Source: Candidatus Latescibacterota bacterium
Lineage (GTDB): Bacteria; Latescibacterota; UBA2968; GCA-2709665
Assembly: GCA_965237675.1 (NCBI GenBank)
Contig: OZ250150.1
Span: forward strand, 4,192,001 to 4,256,000
Direction: 5' to 3'
DNA: 64,000 nt
Part shown: positions 29,560-39,346 of the stretch, piece after piece
Numbering within the stretch: position 1 is the first letter of the stretch
Layout: each line of letters opens with the position of its first letter
Program-made: the position numbers and the translations under genes
The notes under the pieces: model-generated
Seen by the model: only the letters and a program-made list of their open reading frames with translations
What the model was told of the DNA's origin: nothing
Database searches by the model: none

Positions 29560-31116
29560 TTACGCGCGCGCTGATTTTTCTCCAATCGTTTCTCCAATCG
29601 TACTGTAGAAGGCTTTCACTATCCGATCCAGATGTACTTTGGCATTTTCCGCAGCGTCTCTATCGATCGTAAACTCCGATTTGCCTACCAGCTTCAGGCC
29701 GTGCCCGTAGTCGTCGAAAAACTTATGACAGAGCGCCTCAACCGACACCCCGTTGCGGGCGGCGGTTTCGGCAAGAATCGCTTTTGCTGTATCTGAAAAC
29801 CGTAACGAAATCCCGTACGCATTCAGAAAATGCGCCGCATAAGACGAGATTTCCCGTTGGACAAGCAGCTTTCGCAACGTCAGTGTCGGATTTTCCACAA
29901 CTTCAGAGGTGACAATCAACGAACGGATGTCGGTTGAAGGAAGGGCTTTTTCGAACTTCAGCAGTGCCCGTTCGCAGACACTCACCAGCGCTCGCGCCCC
30001 TGTCTGTTCCGTGGACGCCAGTTTCGCCAGGCGGCGCAGCGCGGCGTCTTCGAAGGTCAATTCAATACCGTACGCCAGAAAATCCCGCTTCTTTCCAAGA
30101 ATGACCGAACTGGTCGGGCTCTTCAGAATCTGATATAAATCCTCCACAGCGAGCGGTTCGAGCACGGCCACAACCGGCAGCCGGCCCACGAATTCGGACT
30201 CGAAACCGAACGCGATGAGGTCTTCCGTGACCGCCTGCTTCAGATAGGAAACGCGGTCCGCTTCATGGTTCTGTACCCGCTTTGTTTCGGCTTTGAATCC
30301 CAGGCTGTTTCGATTGAGCCGGCGTTTGACCAGATCCTCGAATCCGTTGAACGCTCCACTTACGATGAATAGTATATTTCGCGTATTGATTTTCTTGTGC
30401 TCCATCTTGCCGCTTTGCTGATATTGCATCATTGCTTCCATCTGAGAAGCCAGATCGTGCGGCGCTTTCAGGTCCACCTCGGTCTCTTCCATCAGTTTCA
30501 GGAGATTGCGCTGGACACCGCTTCGTGATACGTCGGGACCCACCGGATTGGGGGTTGAAGCGATCTTGTCGATCTCATCCACGTAGATGATACCGTACTG
30601 CGCTTTCTCGATGCTGCCGCCGGCCTCACGCACCAATTCGCGCACCAGATCTTCGACATCGCCACCCACATAGCCGGTTTCACTGAACTTGGTCGCATCG
30701 CCCTTCACGAAAGGCACGCCGATTCGATGGGCGATCAATTTGATAAGGTACGTCTTGCCCACCCCTGTCGGACCGATCAGCAGGATGTTGTTCTTGATGC
30801 TTCCCACGGAGAGGTGGGCAAAATCGGGATCGTCGCGATCCAGATTCATTCGGTTGAAGTGAGTGCAGATCTTGGTGGCCAGCACTTCCTTTGCCTCGTC
30901 CTGTTTGATCACGTACTCATCGAGAAAGGCCTCGAGTTCCTCCGGTTTCAAGTCAAAATCGATGGTCTCGTCCTGCGCTTCCTGCGTTCGCGGGCCTTCA
31001 TTGGTCCCTTCGGCCTCCGCTTGTGGAAACACAACCTGAGCCCCATACTTCTGCTCGATAAAATCTTTCAGATCCTTTTGGAGTTCCTTGGGATTCACGG
31101 GTCGCTGTTCCGGCAT
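29560..31116 (-). CDS. ClpX-like AAA+ ATPase lacking the N-terminal zinc-binding domain
   Basis: GPTGVGKT, pore loop GYVG, YVDEIDKI, SLGF loop, FVGRLP and TGARAL. No C4 zinc finger; ~100-aa C-terminal extension. Confidence 0.88.
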   Translation of the reverse strand: MPEQRPVNPKELQKDLKDFIEQKYGAQVVFPQAEAEGTNEGPRTQEAQDETIDFDLKPEELEAFLDEYVIKQDEAKEVLATKICTHFNRMNLDRDDPDFAHLSVGSIKNNILLIGPTGVGKTYLIKLIAHRIGVPFVKGDATKFSETGYVGGDVEDLVRELVREAGGSIEKAQYGIIYVDEIDKIASTPNPVGPDVSRSGVQRNLLKLMEETEVDLKAPHDLASQMEAMMQYQQSGKMEHKKINTRNILFIVSGAFNGFEDLVKRRLNRNSLGFKAETKRVQNHEADRVSYLKQAVTEDLIAFGFESEFVGRLPVVAVLEPLAVEDLYQILKSPTSSVILGKKRDFLAYGIELTFEDAALRRLAKLASTEQTGARALVSVCERALLKFEKALPSTDIRSLIVTSEVVENPTLTLRKLLVQREISSYAAHFLNAYGISLRFSDTAKAILAETAARNGVSVEALCHKFFDDYGHGLKLVGKSEFTIDRDAAENAKVHLDRIVKAFYSTIGETIGEKSARA

Positions 31117-31436
31117 CAATCTCCATCTCCGCATTGGGTCCGCACAAATTGGCAACCGACACACGTCTTTGGCCGTTTAACAATACCAGGTCCAGCCGGA
31201 ATTGTCAAGGAATTCAACCCTCAACCATCCACCTCATTCGGCCGCCGAACCCGCGGCAGTTTTCCTGCAAGCGGGCCGGCGGGAGGTCAGAAGGCGCCCT
31301 TCGACAAGGCACAATGGGTTCGCTCGGGCGGCAAATTCCAGCTATCGGAGGCAGCGAAGTCGATGATCCTGTTTCGGTGCCGCCAGAATGCGAACCGCAC
31401 GTACACACTTCAGACCCGGGATACGGACGTTCGCAT

Positions 31437-33167
31437 ATGAACCTCAGCTACTTCACACTGCGGGGTCTAAGCCTCGAACTGAACGAAATCCTACATGGAA
31501 AACGCGTCCGTCGCGCCGTCCTGTCCGGAACGTACGACCTCGTTCTCGAAACGACGGACGGTATCTGCCTGCTGCTCTCCGCCTCACCAACCACGGGCCG
31601 CCTGCAGCGGGTACATCGCCTTCCCGTGTCCGCACAGCCCCCTCCACCGTGGGTCGAACACCACCTTCGCAACTGCGTAATACGGGACATCTCGCAAGTC
31701 CCGCTGGAACGCATCCTGTCATTCATCCTGTTCAAACGCGACCGTCTGGGTGGAGAAAACCGATATCGTCTCTACGTTGAAATCATCGGCAGGAACAATA
31801 ACGTCATCCTGACCTCAGATCCGGCGCAGCGTATATTGGGGGCGCTGCGCCGCGTCAGCGGGAAAATGAGCCGGCAGCGGCGCATCCTGCCCGGCGAGAT
31901 ATATAGGCCGCCACCCGCACAGGACAGATTTTCACCTCACGAACTCACGCACGACGACCTCGCCAGGGCGTTCCGGCAACAGACAGCCCAACCGGTCCGG
32001 ACCCTTGCAAATGCCGTTGCCGGACTGGACGCCCTGACCGCCGCATCGCTGGTTGCGGAAGCGGGCGTTAGGCAGAACACCGAAACAACGCCAGGCGCGA
32101 TCGAGTATCTAGTCAGCCGGATCCGTGACCTGTTTGCCCACCCTCCGTTTCTGGATCGACCCGAGATTGTGAACTTACCCGATACCACCGCGCCATCCAT
32201 CCAGATTCTGAGTCTGCCTCACAGACCGGGTAACGTGGTACACGTCTGCGCATCCGTCAGCGAAGCGATTGAGGGGCTCGCCTTATTCGGGGAAAACCAG
32301 CAACACCTCAACGCGGATCGGCGCGCCATGGCCAGGGAACTGAGCCGACGCCGCACATCGCTCCAAAACAAGATCGCACGCATCCAGGACGATCTTGACG
32401 ATTCGGGGAAAGCCGAACTCTACAGGAAATACGGCCATCTCCTTATGTCAGGCCTGCACAGGATCCACCTCGGGGCCGCGTCCGTTACCCTTCCGGACGT
32501 CTTCAATCCGACGGAGGCGCCGGTGACCATCCCGCTCAAGACCAATAAAATGCCGCATGAGAATGCCGCCGCCTACCTGAAACGCAGCCGAAAGGCGGAG
32601 AAGGCGGGTCCTATACTGACACGACGCATGGAAGCCGCACGGACAGAATTCGCAAGGGTCGAAGCATTCCTGGAGCGCCTTGAACAGACGGACAGCCAGG
32701 ATGAGCTCATTGCACTTCGGGACGAATTGGCAGAAACAGGATGGCTTGCGAGTCGCAAACAGAAGACGAATACCGCCAAACATGCCCCGTCACAAACGCA
32801 TCCCAGGCGCTACCTGACCTCGGACGGCTGGACCATTCTGGTCGGCCGCAACAACAACGAGAACGACCGCCTCACTAAAGAATCGGCCAAAGACGACCTC
32901 TTTTTTCACGCCCAGGGATGCCCCGGTTCGCACGTCATCCTCAAGCGTGAAGGAAAACACGAGAAGCCCTCCGACGCCACCCTTAAGGAAGCCGCAAGCC
33001 TTGCTGCTTACTGGAGCAAAGCCCGGCATTCCAAGACTGTGCCGGTCAATTGTACCGAAGTACGGTACGTACAAAAGCCCCGAGGCGGCGCCCCGGGACA
33101 CGTCACGATCCGAAATGAAGTCACTCTCTTTGTTGCCCCCCGTCAGCTCAAGCGAACTGAAACGTAG
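31437..33167 (+). CDS. rqcH: Ribosome quality control factor RqcH/Rqc2 (NFACT family)
   Basis: NFACT-N LERIL...EIIGRNNNVILT, coiled coil ENAAAYLKRSRK, and NFACT-R ILVGRNNNENDRLT...FFHAQGCPGSHVIL...VQKPRGGAPG. Confidence 0.9.
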   Translation: MNLSYFTLRGLSLELNEILHGKRVRRAVLSGTYDLVLETTDGICLLLSASPTTGRLQRVHRLPVSAQPPPPWVEHHLRNCVIRDISQVPLERILSFILFKRDRLGGENRYRLYVEIIGRNNNVILTSDPAQRILGALRRVSGKMSRQRRILPGEIYRPPPAQDRFSPHELTHDDLARAFRQQTAQPVRTLANAVAGLDALTAASLVAEAGVRQNTETTPGAIEYLVSRIRDLFAHPPFLDRPEIVNLPDTTAPSIQILSLPHRPGNVVHVCASVSEAIEGLALFGENQQHLNADRRAMARELSRRRTSLQNKIARIQDDLDDSGKAELYRKYGHLLMSGLHRIHLGAASVTLPDVFNPTEAPVTIPLKTNKMPHENAAAYLKRSRKAEKAGPILTRRMEAARTEFARVEAFLERLEQTDSQDELIALRDELAETGWLASRKQKTNTAKHAPSQTHPRRYLTSDGWTILVGRNNNENDRLTKESAKDDLFFHAQGCPGSHVILKREGKHEKPSDATLKEAASLAAYWSKARHSKTVPVNCTEVRYVQKPRGGAPGHVTIRNEVTLFVAPRQLKRTET

Positions 33168-33204
33168 TACGGGCCGCCGGGGAATCCGTGTCAGGCCAAA
33201 AAGC

Positions 33205-33969
33205 CTACCAGATTTTCGTATAATACACCAACCGGACCTGTCGATCGATACTTGCCGACCGTTTTCCGTCTCGAATCAGGTTCTTGATATCCACCTCGAG
33301 AACCAGCCGATCGGAAGGCATCCAACGACCGCCCAGATTCAGCCTCCCCCTGCCCGAGCCCAGCGAATTATCATCGTTGTCGTTGATCGCAAAGTCATAT
33401 TCCACCAGCAGCGCAAAGACGCGCTTGAACTCGACGTCTGCGCCCAGAAACCCCGAAAAATCCCCATCGCCGTCACCATCTTCCAGACTGCGATTCAATC
33501 CGGCGTGAACCCCCATATCTCCCAGCGGAAACCCGTAGTTCTTGCTCGCCACCCCATAAAAGCCCTTGGATTTAACCGCATACCGCTTCAGGCCCTCATC
33601 GTACTGACCGTAACCCTGGGAGTGATAACCCACGGCAACAGCTGGAACTTTCAACTCTTCCTCCTTCACCCGGACGCGGCCCGCCACCTCCACGCGTGGA
33701 TTCCACGCAGCCTCACGGCTGCCTACAAGATGCTGACCGCCGAATGAAACCCCGATGCTGACACGATTGTGTACGCCGACTTCGATCTGGGAGAGAATTC
33801 CACTATCGCCGTACAATCGAAGATCCGCGGCCAGGCGGCCCGCCTGCAGCATGCCGGCAGTCGGCCCATCCACCAGCCATCGTGGTACATTCCCCTGGGC
33901 ATGCGCCGCGTCGGAACACATCCACCATACAGCAGACAAGATTAACATCCACCCCGCGTACCGTGTCAT
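33205..33969 (-). CDS. Outer-membrane beta-barrel protein (YjbH-like)
   Basis: Signal peptide ending AHA-Q, LVDGPTAGML, amphipathic beta strands and a terminal Trp; ATGA overlap with tsaE. Confidence 0.65.
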   Translation of the reverse strand: MTRYAGWMLILSAVWWMCSDAAHAQGNVPRWLVDGPTAGMLQAGRLAADLRLYGDSGILSQIEVGVHNRVSIGVSFGGQHLVGSREAAWNPRVEVAGRVRVKEEELKVPAVAVGYHSQGYGQYDEGLKRYAVKSKGFYGVASKNYGFPLGDMGVHAGLNRSLEDGDGDGDFSGFLGADVEFKRVFALLVEYDFAINDNDDNSLGSGRGRLNLGGRWMPSDRLVLEVDIKNLIRDGKRSASIDRQVRLVYYTKIW

Positions 33970-34409
33970 GGGCCTTCTCCATCGTCAAGTATGAATCTGC
34001 GTGAACCGGAATCCGGAATTTCAATCCGGATACGTAACGTCCGGCCCGGAAGCAGGGATCCGGCGCGCTCCGCCCATTCGATCAAACAGACACCGTTGCT
34101 GGCAAGATAATCATCCCATCCGAGGTCAATCAGGGCCACGGCATCCGGAAGCCTGTACAGATCGAAGTGAAAGATCGGTATCGGACGCGACGTGGCGTCC
34201 CGGCCGTGGTACTCATTCACCAGGATGAACGTTGGGCTGGTCACCCGGTCCGACACCTTCAGCCCCTCACAGATGCCCTGCGCGAGGCAGGTCTTGCCAC
34301 TGCCGAGTTCTCCGATCAGGCCCACACAGTCACCCGGCCGCAAACGACCGGACAACTCCCTGCCAAGCGCGCGGGTCTGATCCGGCGAGGTCGTCTTGAA
34401 TTCAGGCAT
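33966..34409 (-). CDS. tsaE: tRNA threonylcarbamoyladenosine biosynthesis ATPase
   Basis: GELGSGKT, VTSPTFILVNEY, HFDLYRL and LIEWAE. Confidence 0.96.
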   Translation of the reverse strand: MPEFKTTSPDQTRALGRELSGRLRPGDCVGLIGELGSGKTCLAQGICEGLKVSDRVTSPTFILVNEYHGRDATSRPIPIFHFDLYRLPDAVALIDLGWDDYLASNGVCLIEWAERAGSLLPGRTLRIRIEIPDSGSRRFILDDGEGP

Positions 34410-34533
34410 CGAGTTCCGCATCAGGATACATTACGAGGGTACGTTGTGACGCCGCCGGACAATCCGATGACGAGTCGCCAGGAAACACCGACCCCGGGCA
34501 TCTGAGAGGGCAAGCCGAATACGCGCCTCCCCT

Positions 34534-36090
34534 CTATTTGCCTCTCATAACCGCAACCGGCAGGACCATCTCCTCAAGGGAAATACCCCCGTGCTGGAAA
34601 CTATTCGCGTAATACCGCTGGTATTCGTTGAATTTCGTGGGATAAACGAAATAATAGTCCTCCCGCGAAATAATGTATGTGGTCCCCATCCCCAAATCGG
34701 GCAGGCGGTATACATCCGGATCCGAAATATACAGGGCGTGCCGGGTATCACATCGAAGGTGTTTGCCGTATTTGTACCGGATATTGGTCGACGTGTCCCG
34801 GTTTCCATGCGCGACGGTCGCGCGCGTGCTCATAACGCATCCATGATCGGTCGTCAACACCACCGTGGTATCGGTATCGGCCAGCTTCCGCAACATTTCA
34901 AACAACGATGAATGGGAAAACCAGGATCGACTTAGCGACCGGTACGCGGACTCGTTCGGCGCCATCTCCTTAAGGATATCCGATTCCGACCTTCCGTGCG
35001 CCAGAATATCCAGGAAATTGAACACTACCGACATCAGCGGGAAAGACCGGTAGGAATGCACCTTTTTGACCAGATGGTTGCCCTCGGCAATATCCAGCAC
35101 CTTGACGTATCGGGTATCCAGCTTCAACGTCGGATCCAGTTCTTCAATCTGGCGGTCCAGAAGCTGATGTTCGTGCCGGTTTCGGCTGTTGTCGTCGTCC
35201 CAGCCCGCACGCCACTCCTGCGGATACGACTTGGCCACATCGCTTGGAAATAGCCCGCTGAAAATGGCATTTCTGGAATAGGGCGTGGCCGTAGGGAGAA
35301 TCGAATAGTGGTAGTGCTGCTCAATATTGAATAGTTCAGACAAGAGCGGGGCGATAGCCAGCCAGTGATCCAATCGCATGCAGTCCACAACCACAAAGAA
35401 CACCTGCTGGCCGTCCTGAAGCGCGGGCAATACAAACTCACTCACGACATCGACGGACAACACGGGCGAATCCATATCGTCCTGAAGCCAGTTGGCATAA
35501 TGGGACTCTATGAAGCGTCCGAACGCCCGGTTGCACGCCCGGCGCAAATCCTCATGCATCTTTCTCAAGCCGGCATCATAAAACCGGTCCAATTCCAGAT
35601 CCCATTCTGATAGCTTCACATGGATATCGATCCAATCCTGCCAGGTCACGTCGCCGGACATGGACGTACGTATGCGATTGGACACGGCGGCATAGTCCAA
35701 TCCCATTCGCCCCGTCATAATCTGGCGCGCGTCGAGCAATTTCTTGCAGGCCGAGAGAATCTGGCTGGGGTTCACCGGTTTGGTCAAATAGTCGTCGATC
35801 CGATGTCCCAGAGCTTCCTCCATCAAGCGCTCCTCTTCATTCTTCGTAATCATGATAACGGGAATGTGGGGGTTGATATCCTTGATCATCGCAAGCGTGG
35901 AAAGCCCGCCTCGCCCGGCCATCATTTCATCCAGCAGGACGATGTCGAAACCCCGCTGTTTCACCATTGCAATGGCATCATCCCCGTTCGTCACCGGCGT
36001 TACCTTATAGCCGCGTGATCCCAGAAACATGGTATGCGGCCTCAACAGGTCAATTTCGTCGTCCGCCCACAGAACCTGCTTTTCTTTCAT
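34534..36090 (-). CDS. porX: PorX-like response regulator (receiver + PglZ/alkaline-phosphatase domain)
   Basis: VLWADDEIDLLRPH, LLDEMM and YLTKPVNP receiver motifs; VVDCMRLDHW, ILPTATPYSRNAIFSG, DILAHGRS, TTDHG and FQHGGISLEEM. Confidence 0.88.
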   Translation of the reverse strand: MKEKQVLWADDEIDLLRPHTMFLGSRGYKVTPVTNGDDAIAMVKQRGFDIVLLDEMMAGRGGLSTLAMIKDINPHIPVIMITKNEEERLMEEALGHRIDDYLTKPVNPSQILSACKKLLDARQIMTGRMGLDYAAVSNRIRTSMSGDVTWQDWIDIHVKLSEWDLELDRFYDAGLRKMHEDLRRACNRAFGRFIESHYANWLQDDMDSPVLSVDVVSEFVLPALQDGQQVFFVVVDCMRLDHWLAIAPLLSELFNIEQHYHYSILPTATPYSRNAIFSGLFPSDVAKSYPQEWRAGWDDDNSRNRHEHQLLDRQIEELDPTLKLDTRYVKVLDIAEGNHLVKKVHSYRSFPLMSVVFNFLDILAHGRSESDILKEMAPNESAYRSLSRSWFSHSSLFEMLRKLADTDTTVVLTTDHGCVMSTRATVAHGNRDTSTNIRYKYGKHLRCDTRHALYISDPDVYRLPDLGMGTTYIISREDYYFVYPTKFNEYQRYYANSFQHGGISLEEMVLPVAVMRGK

Positions 36091-36110
36091 GGCGCTCAAG
36101 CTCCCCAATG

Positions 36111-37454
36111 TTAAGAAGCCGCCCGGTCTTCCGCCGGCCTAAGGGGAAGGGAAATTAAAAATGTGGTTCCCCTTTCCGGCAAACTCTCCTGAACGGTAAT
36201 CCTGCCCCGATGATAGTCTTCAATTATACGTTTGACAAACGCTAACCCCAGCCCCCAGCCCCGTTCTTTCGTGCTGTAGCCGGGCAGAAACACCTGCTTC
36301 AGGAGATGGGGCTGAATCCCTTTGCCGTTGTCTCGCACCCGCACGTCCACCCACTTGCCTTCAGACCGCACCTCCGCTGAAATCTCTATCTTTCCACCTT
36401 TCCCTTCCATTGCGTCCGCGGCATTTTTAAAGAGATTCTCAAAGGCCCAGCCTAGCAGCTGCCGATTCAACGGGACCGGTGGCACCTGGTAGTTTCGTTG
36501 TACGATCTGGACCTCTCGCGAGAGTCGATCGCGCAGGTAAGACGCCGTCTCTTCAATCACGCGACGGATGTTCTCCGAACGGAGTTCCGGCGTGGAGCCG
36601 ATAAGGCTGAACCGGGACACGATCTTATTCAACCGGCTGGTATCCTCCTCCATCGCCACCACAATCTGGTCGAATCGCCTGCGCGTCTGGTCATCCACCG
36701 GGCCGGAGGAATGCTCCAGTTCCGACTTTATCAATTCGATCCAACCGTACAAAGAGGAAAGGGGCGTACCAAGCTGGTGCGCGGTCTCGCGAGCCATCCC
36801 GACCCAGATTGATCTCTGTTCACTGTTCTTGATGTTCCGAAATCCGAGATAGCCCACCCCGACAAAGAGCGCCGTCACACATAGCGCGACCCACGGAAGC
36901 CATGCCAGACGTCGCACGAGCGGCGAATCGCCATAGTGCAGGACTCGCGGGCCGATTTGCGGAATTTCAAACGAATACGGCGGATTCTCGACATCCAGCC
37001 GGCGAACGATCCGCTGCATCTGCCTGAGATCGTCCGGACTGAGTTCACCCGGGTTGCCCGGCGGAATCTCTATGGCCTTCCACATGTGGGGTTCGCCCTT
37101 CGAGCCGGTAATGATCACCGGGAAATTGGTATTTGTAATGGTCTGGAAGATAAACTTGACGTCAAGATCGCTGACAACCACGGTGTCCTGGGTCGCCATC
37201 CCGTAAAAGAAGGCCAACCGTTTGATGATGTCTCGGGAATCTCGACGCATCGGATCCACAACAAAAATCTGCATATACAAAAGGAAAGCCAGGATAATCA
37301 CCGTTGCCGCCAGAAACAGATACGCGCCGAGACTGTAAGAATTCTGGAGCCCCACCCTCAGACGGCCGCCCCGTACCACCGGCGCGCCCACGAATCTCGA
37401 GTACCCGTGCCCTCCTGTTCGAACGTCGACATCCTTTGTTCGCGTGTCCATCAA
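36111..37454 (-). CDS. Sensor histidine kinase (probable PorX-like partner)
   Basis: Two TM segments, H-box IWVGMARETAHQLGTPLSSL, ENLFKNAADAM, DNGKGI and PGYSTKERGWGLGLAFVKRIIEDYH. Confidence 0.93.
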   Translation of the reverse strand: MMDTRTKDVDVRTGGHGYSRFVGAPVVRGGRLRVGLQNSYSLGAYLFLAATVIILAFLLYMQIFVVDPMRRDSRDIIKRLAFFYGMATQDTVVVSDLDVKFIFQTITNTNFPVIITGSKGEPHMWKAIEIPPGNPGELSPDDLRQMQRIVRRLDVENPPYSFEIPQIGPRVLHYGDSPLVRRLAWLPWVALCVTALFVGVGYLGFRNIKNSEQRSIWVGMARETAHQLGTPLSSLYGWIELIKSELEHSSGPVDDQTRRRFDQIVVAMEEDTSRLNKIVSRFSLIGSTPELRSENIRRVIEETASYLRDRLSREVQIVQRNYQVPPVPLNRQLLGWAFENLFKNAADAMEGKGGKIEISAEVRSEGKWVDVRVRDNGKGIQPHLLKQVFLPGYSTKERGWGLGLAFVKRIIEDYHRGRITVQESLPERGTTFLISLPLRPAEDRAAS

Positions 37455-37979
37455 TTGCGGCTCCCTTCTCCTACCTCGACGTCTTGGGTCTCGTTAAGTT
37501 CCGTACCATCCCTTTGACAACAGCGTCTGAGTCCCGGCGACGCCCGAAGCGGATTCCATATTGCCCGATCCGTTATGACAGATCGTCCACGTCCCTTTGC
37601 CGATCCGGGCCAGGTTCCGGCTTGTGGCGAAAGCGAAACCGGCTGTGATCGGAACACCGGAGTCGACATCCTCTTCGCCCCGACCCGGCCCCACGTCGTA
37701 AACCCGGTATCGAGGCGTTCACGCTGGAGCGATGCCACGGCCGAGAGACTCGGAAGTGCCAGCATCTGGATGTACAGAAAGTATACAAATTTTGCAAGCA
37801 TCCAGTCAACCAAAGAAAAACTGTTTGCATAATATCTTTCATTTTTATATATTTGGAACATCGAATTCCGGAAAGACAATGCATGCAGGGAGAAACTTTG
37901 GCTGGCGTTCGGTCGTCAACTCCTTTTGATATTGAACATAAATTGATTCTCAGAAAACGGAAAGGGGGGAATCTAGCTT

Positions 37980-38177
37980 ATGGCCAGAGTTGTGGTGAGA
38001 GATGACGAGCCATTTGAAAAGGCGCTGAAAAGGTTTAAGAAAACCTGCGAAAAAGCGGGAATCATGACCGAGATGAAAAAGCATCAGCATTTCGAAAAAC
38101 CCAGCGAGCGCCGGAAAAGAAAAATTGCCGCGGCGAAGCGCAAACGAATAAAATTCGAAACGCGGTTCAACCAATAA
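37980..38177 (+). CDS. rpsU: 30S ribosomal protein S21
   Basis: VVVRDDEPFEKALKRFKKTCEKAGIMTEMKKHQHFEKPSERRKRK. Confidence 0.97.
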   Translation: MARVVVRDDEPFEKALKRFKKTCEKAGIMTEMKKHQHFEKPSERRKRKIAAAKRKRIKFETRFNQ

Positions 38178-38201
38178 GTCAAAATCGCGAACAAAGCAAC
38201 A

Positions 38202-38243
38202 ACAACCGCACCGATTCGCTTTCGGATGCGGTTGTATTTTTTC
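38202..38243 (+). terminator. Intrinsic terminator after rpsU
   Basis: ACAACCGCACCGA...TCGGATGCGGTTGT followed by ATTTTTT. Confidence 0.65.
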
Positions 38244-38593
38244 CGCTTCGTCATCAAGCCGGATCGTTTCGACCAATCGCATCCCTCGACCCGCGTGGTC
38301 CATCTCCGATTGGAACTGCAACGACACCTCTACGGTTTCGTCGAACTCTCGACCTCTCGGCGTTGCCGCCACAGGGGAACCCGGCATGCCCGCCGGTCGG
38401 ACAGCCGCGAATAGCAGTGGTTTTTAAAGGTGCAAATTCAAATGCGGCTCTTGGAGACGTTGCGGGGTGCGAACCGACATCCACCCGAGCCGGCTCCTCC
38501 CCCCATAGACGCGGTGCGGGAATCGACGGACGCACGGGTCGTCTTGTTGGTGACAATCAACCGTCACACCGATTTTGACGCAGAGAACCCCTC

Positions 38594-39256
38594 ATGAACG
38601 TTGCCGATCTGTTATTATTGGCTGGTCTGTGCTGGATGGTGTTCCGGGGGTGTCGCATCGGTCTCGTCCGAAGCCTGATTGCCCTGATCAGCTTCGTGCT
38701 GGCGTACGGACTCGCGCTCGCATACGGCGGTCCGGCATCGGAGTGGATTGCGGGCGAGAATGCCGGCCACGGCGCTTCTATGCTTGGCTTTTTCGGCGTA
38801 TTCATGGCAACCCTGATTGTCTGCTACCACGTCGGACGCATACTTCACAGCGTGCTTGAAGCCACCCCGCTCGGCATGCTGAACACCCTGGGGGGCGGCG
38901 CGCTCGGCCTGGCGCGAGGGCTTCTTATTCTGGGGCTGTTGGTCATATTGCTGCGCGCTTATCCCCCCCACGCCAGCGTGAAAATGCACATAGACAACGC
39001 CGTGCTCGCCCGCCCCGTAAAGCAGGCCAGCCTGGTTTTGATGGACGCGGTGAAAGGCGGCATCCCGCAGGCGGCCAGGCTGTATCAATACCTCCTTCCG
39101 GAAAGTCCCGAAACTTCAATCCATCCTGTTGTCGACGATATGACCCGAAAGGCCGGCAAAGCCGGCGCCAAATTGAAGGGACTCATCAAGGAAGCCCACG
39201 AACGTGAGAAAGAGGAACAGAAAGCTCCTCAGCCATCCGGGCCCTCTGGAAACTAA
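38594..39256 (+). CDS. cvpA: CvpA (colicin V production) family membrane protein
   Basis: MNVADLLLL...FRGCRIGLVRSL and LGMLNTLGGGALGLARG; four TM segments; upstream of mutS2. Confidence 0.85.
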   Translation: MNVADLLLLAGLCWMVFRGCRIGLVRSLIALISFVLAYGLALAYGGPASEWIAGENAGHGASMLGFFGVFMATLIVCYHVGRILHSVLEATPLGMLNTLGGGALGLARGLLILGLLVILLRAYPPHASVKMHIDNAVLARPVKQASLVLMDAVKGGIPQAARLYQYLLPESPETSIHPVVDDMTRKAGKAGAKLKGLIKEAHEREKEEQKAPQPSGPSGN

Positions 39257-39346
39257 GCTCAGACGACTCCAGGGCTTCAGGGACCAACCCCGCACGCGCG
39301 CTCCTGTTCCGGGAAGACCTGAATCCGAATCCCTATCCCCGACCCC

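Noticed and set aside
29578-29601. 12-bp tandem repeat TTCTCCAATCGT x2
   Set aside because: In-frame micro-duplication (TIGETIGE) in the ClpX-like C-terminal tail; probably neutral.
34534-36090. BREX system suggested by the PglZ domain
   Set aside because: The PglZ domain is fused to a receiver domain (PorX type), and brxC/pglX/brxL are absent.
37455-37979. ORFs or riboswitch in the kinase-rpsU intergenic region
   Set aside because: The ORFs lack motifs, the AT-rich part looks like divergent promoters, and I recognised no riboswitch consensus.
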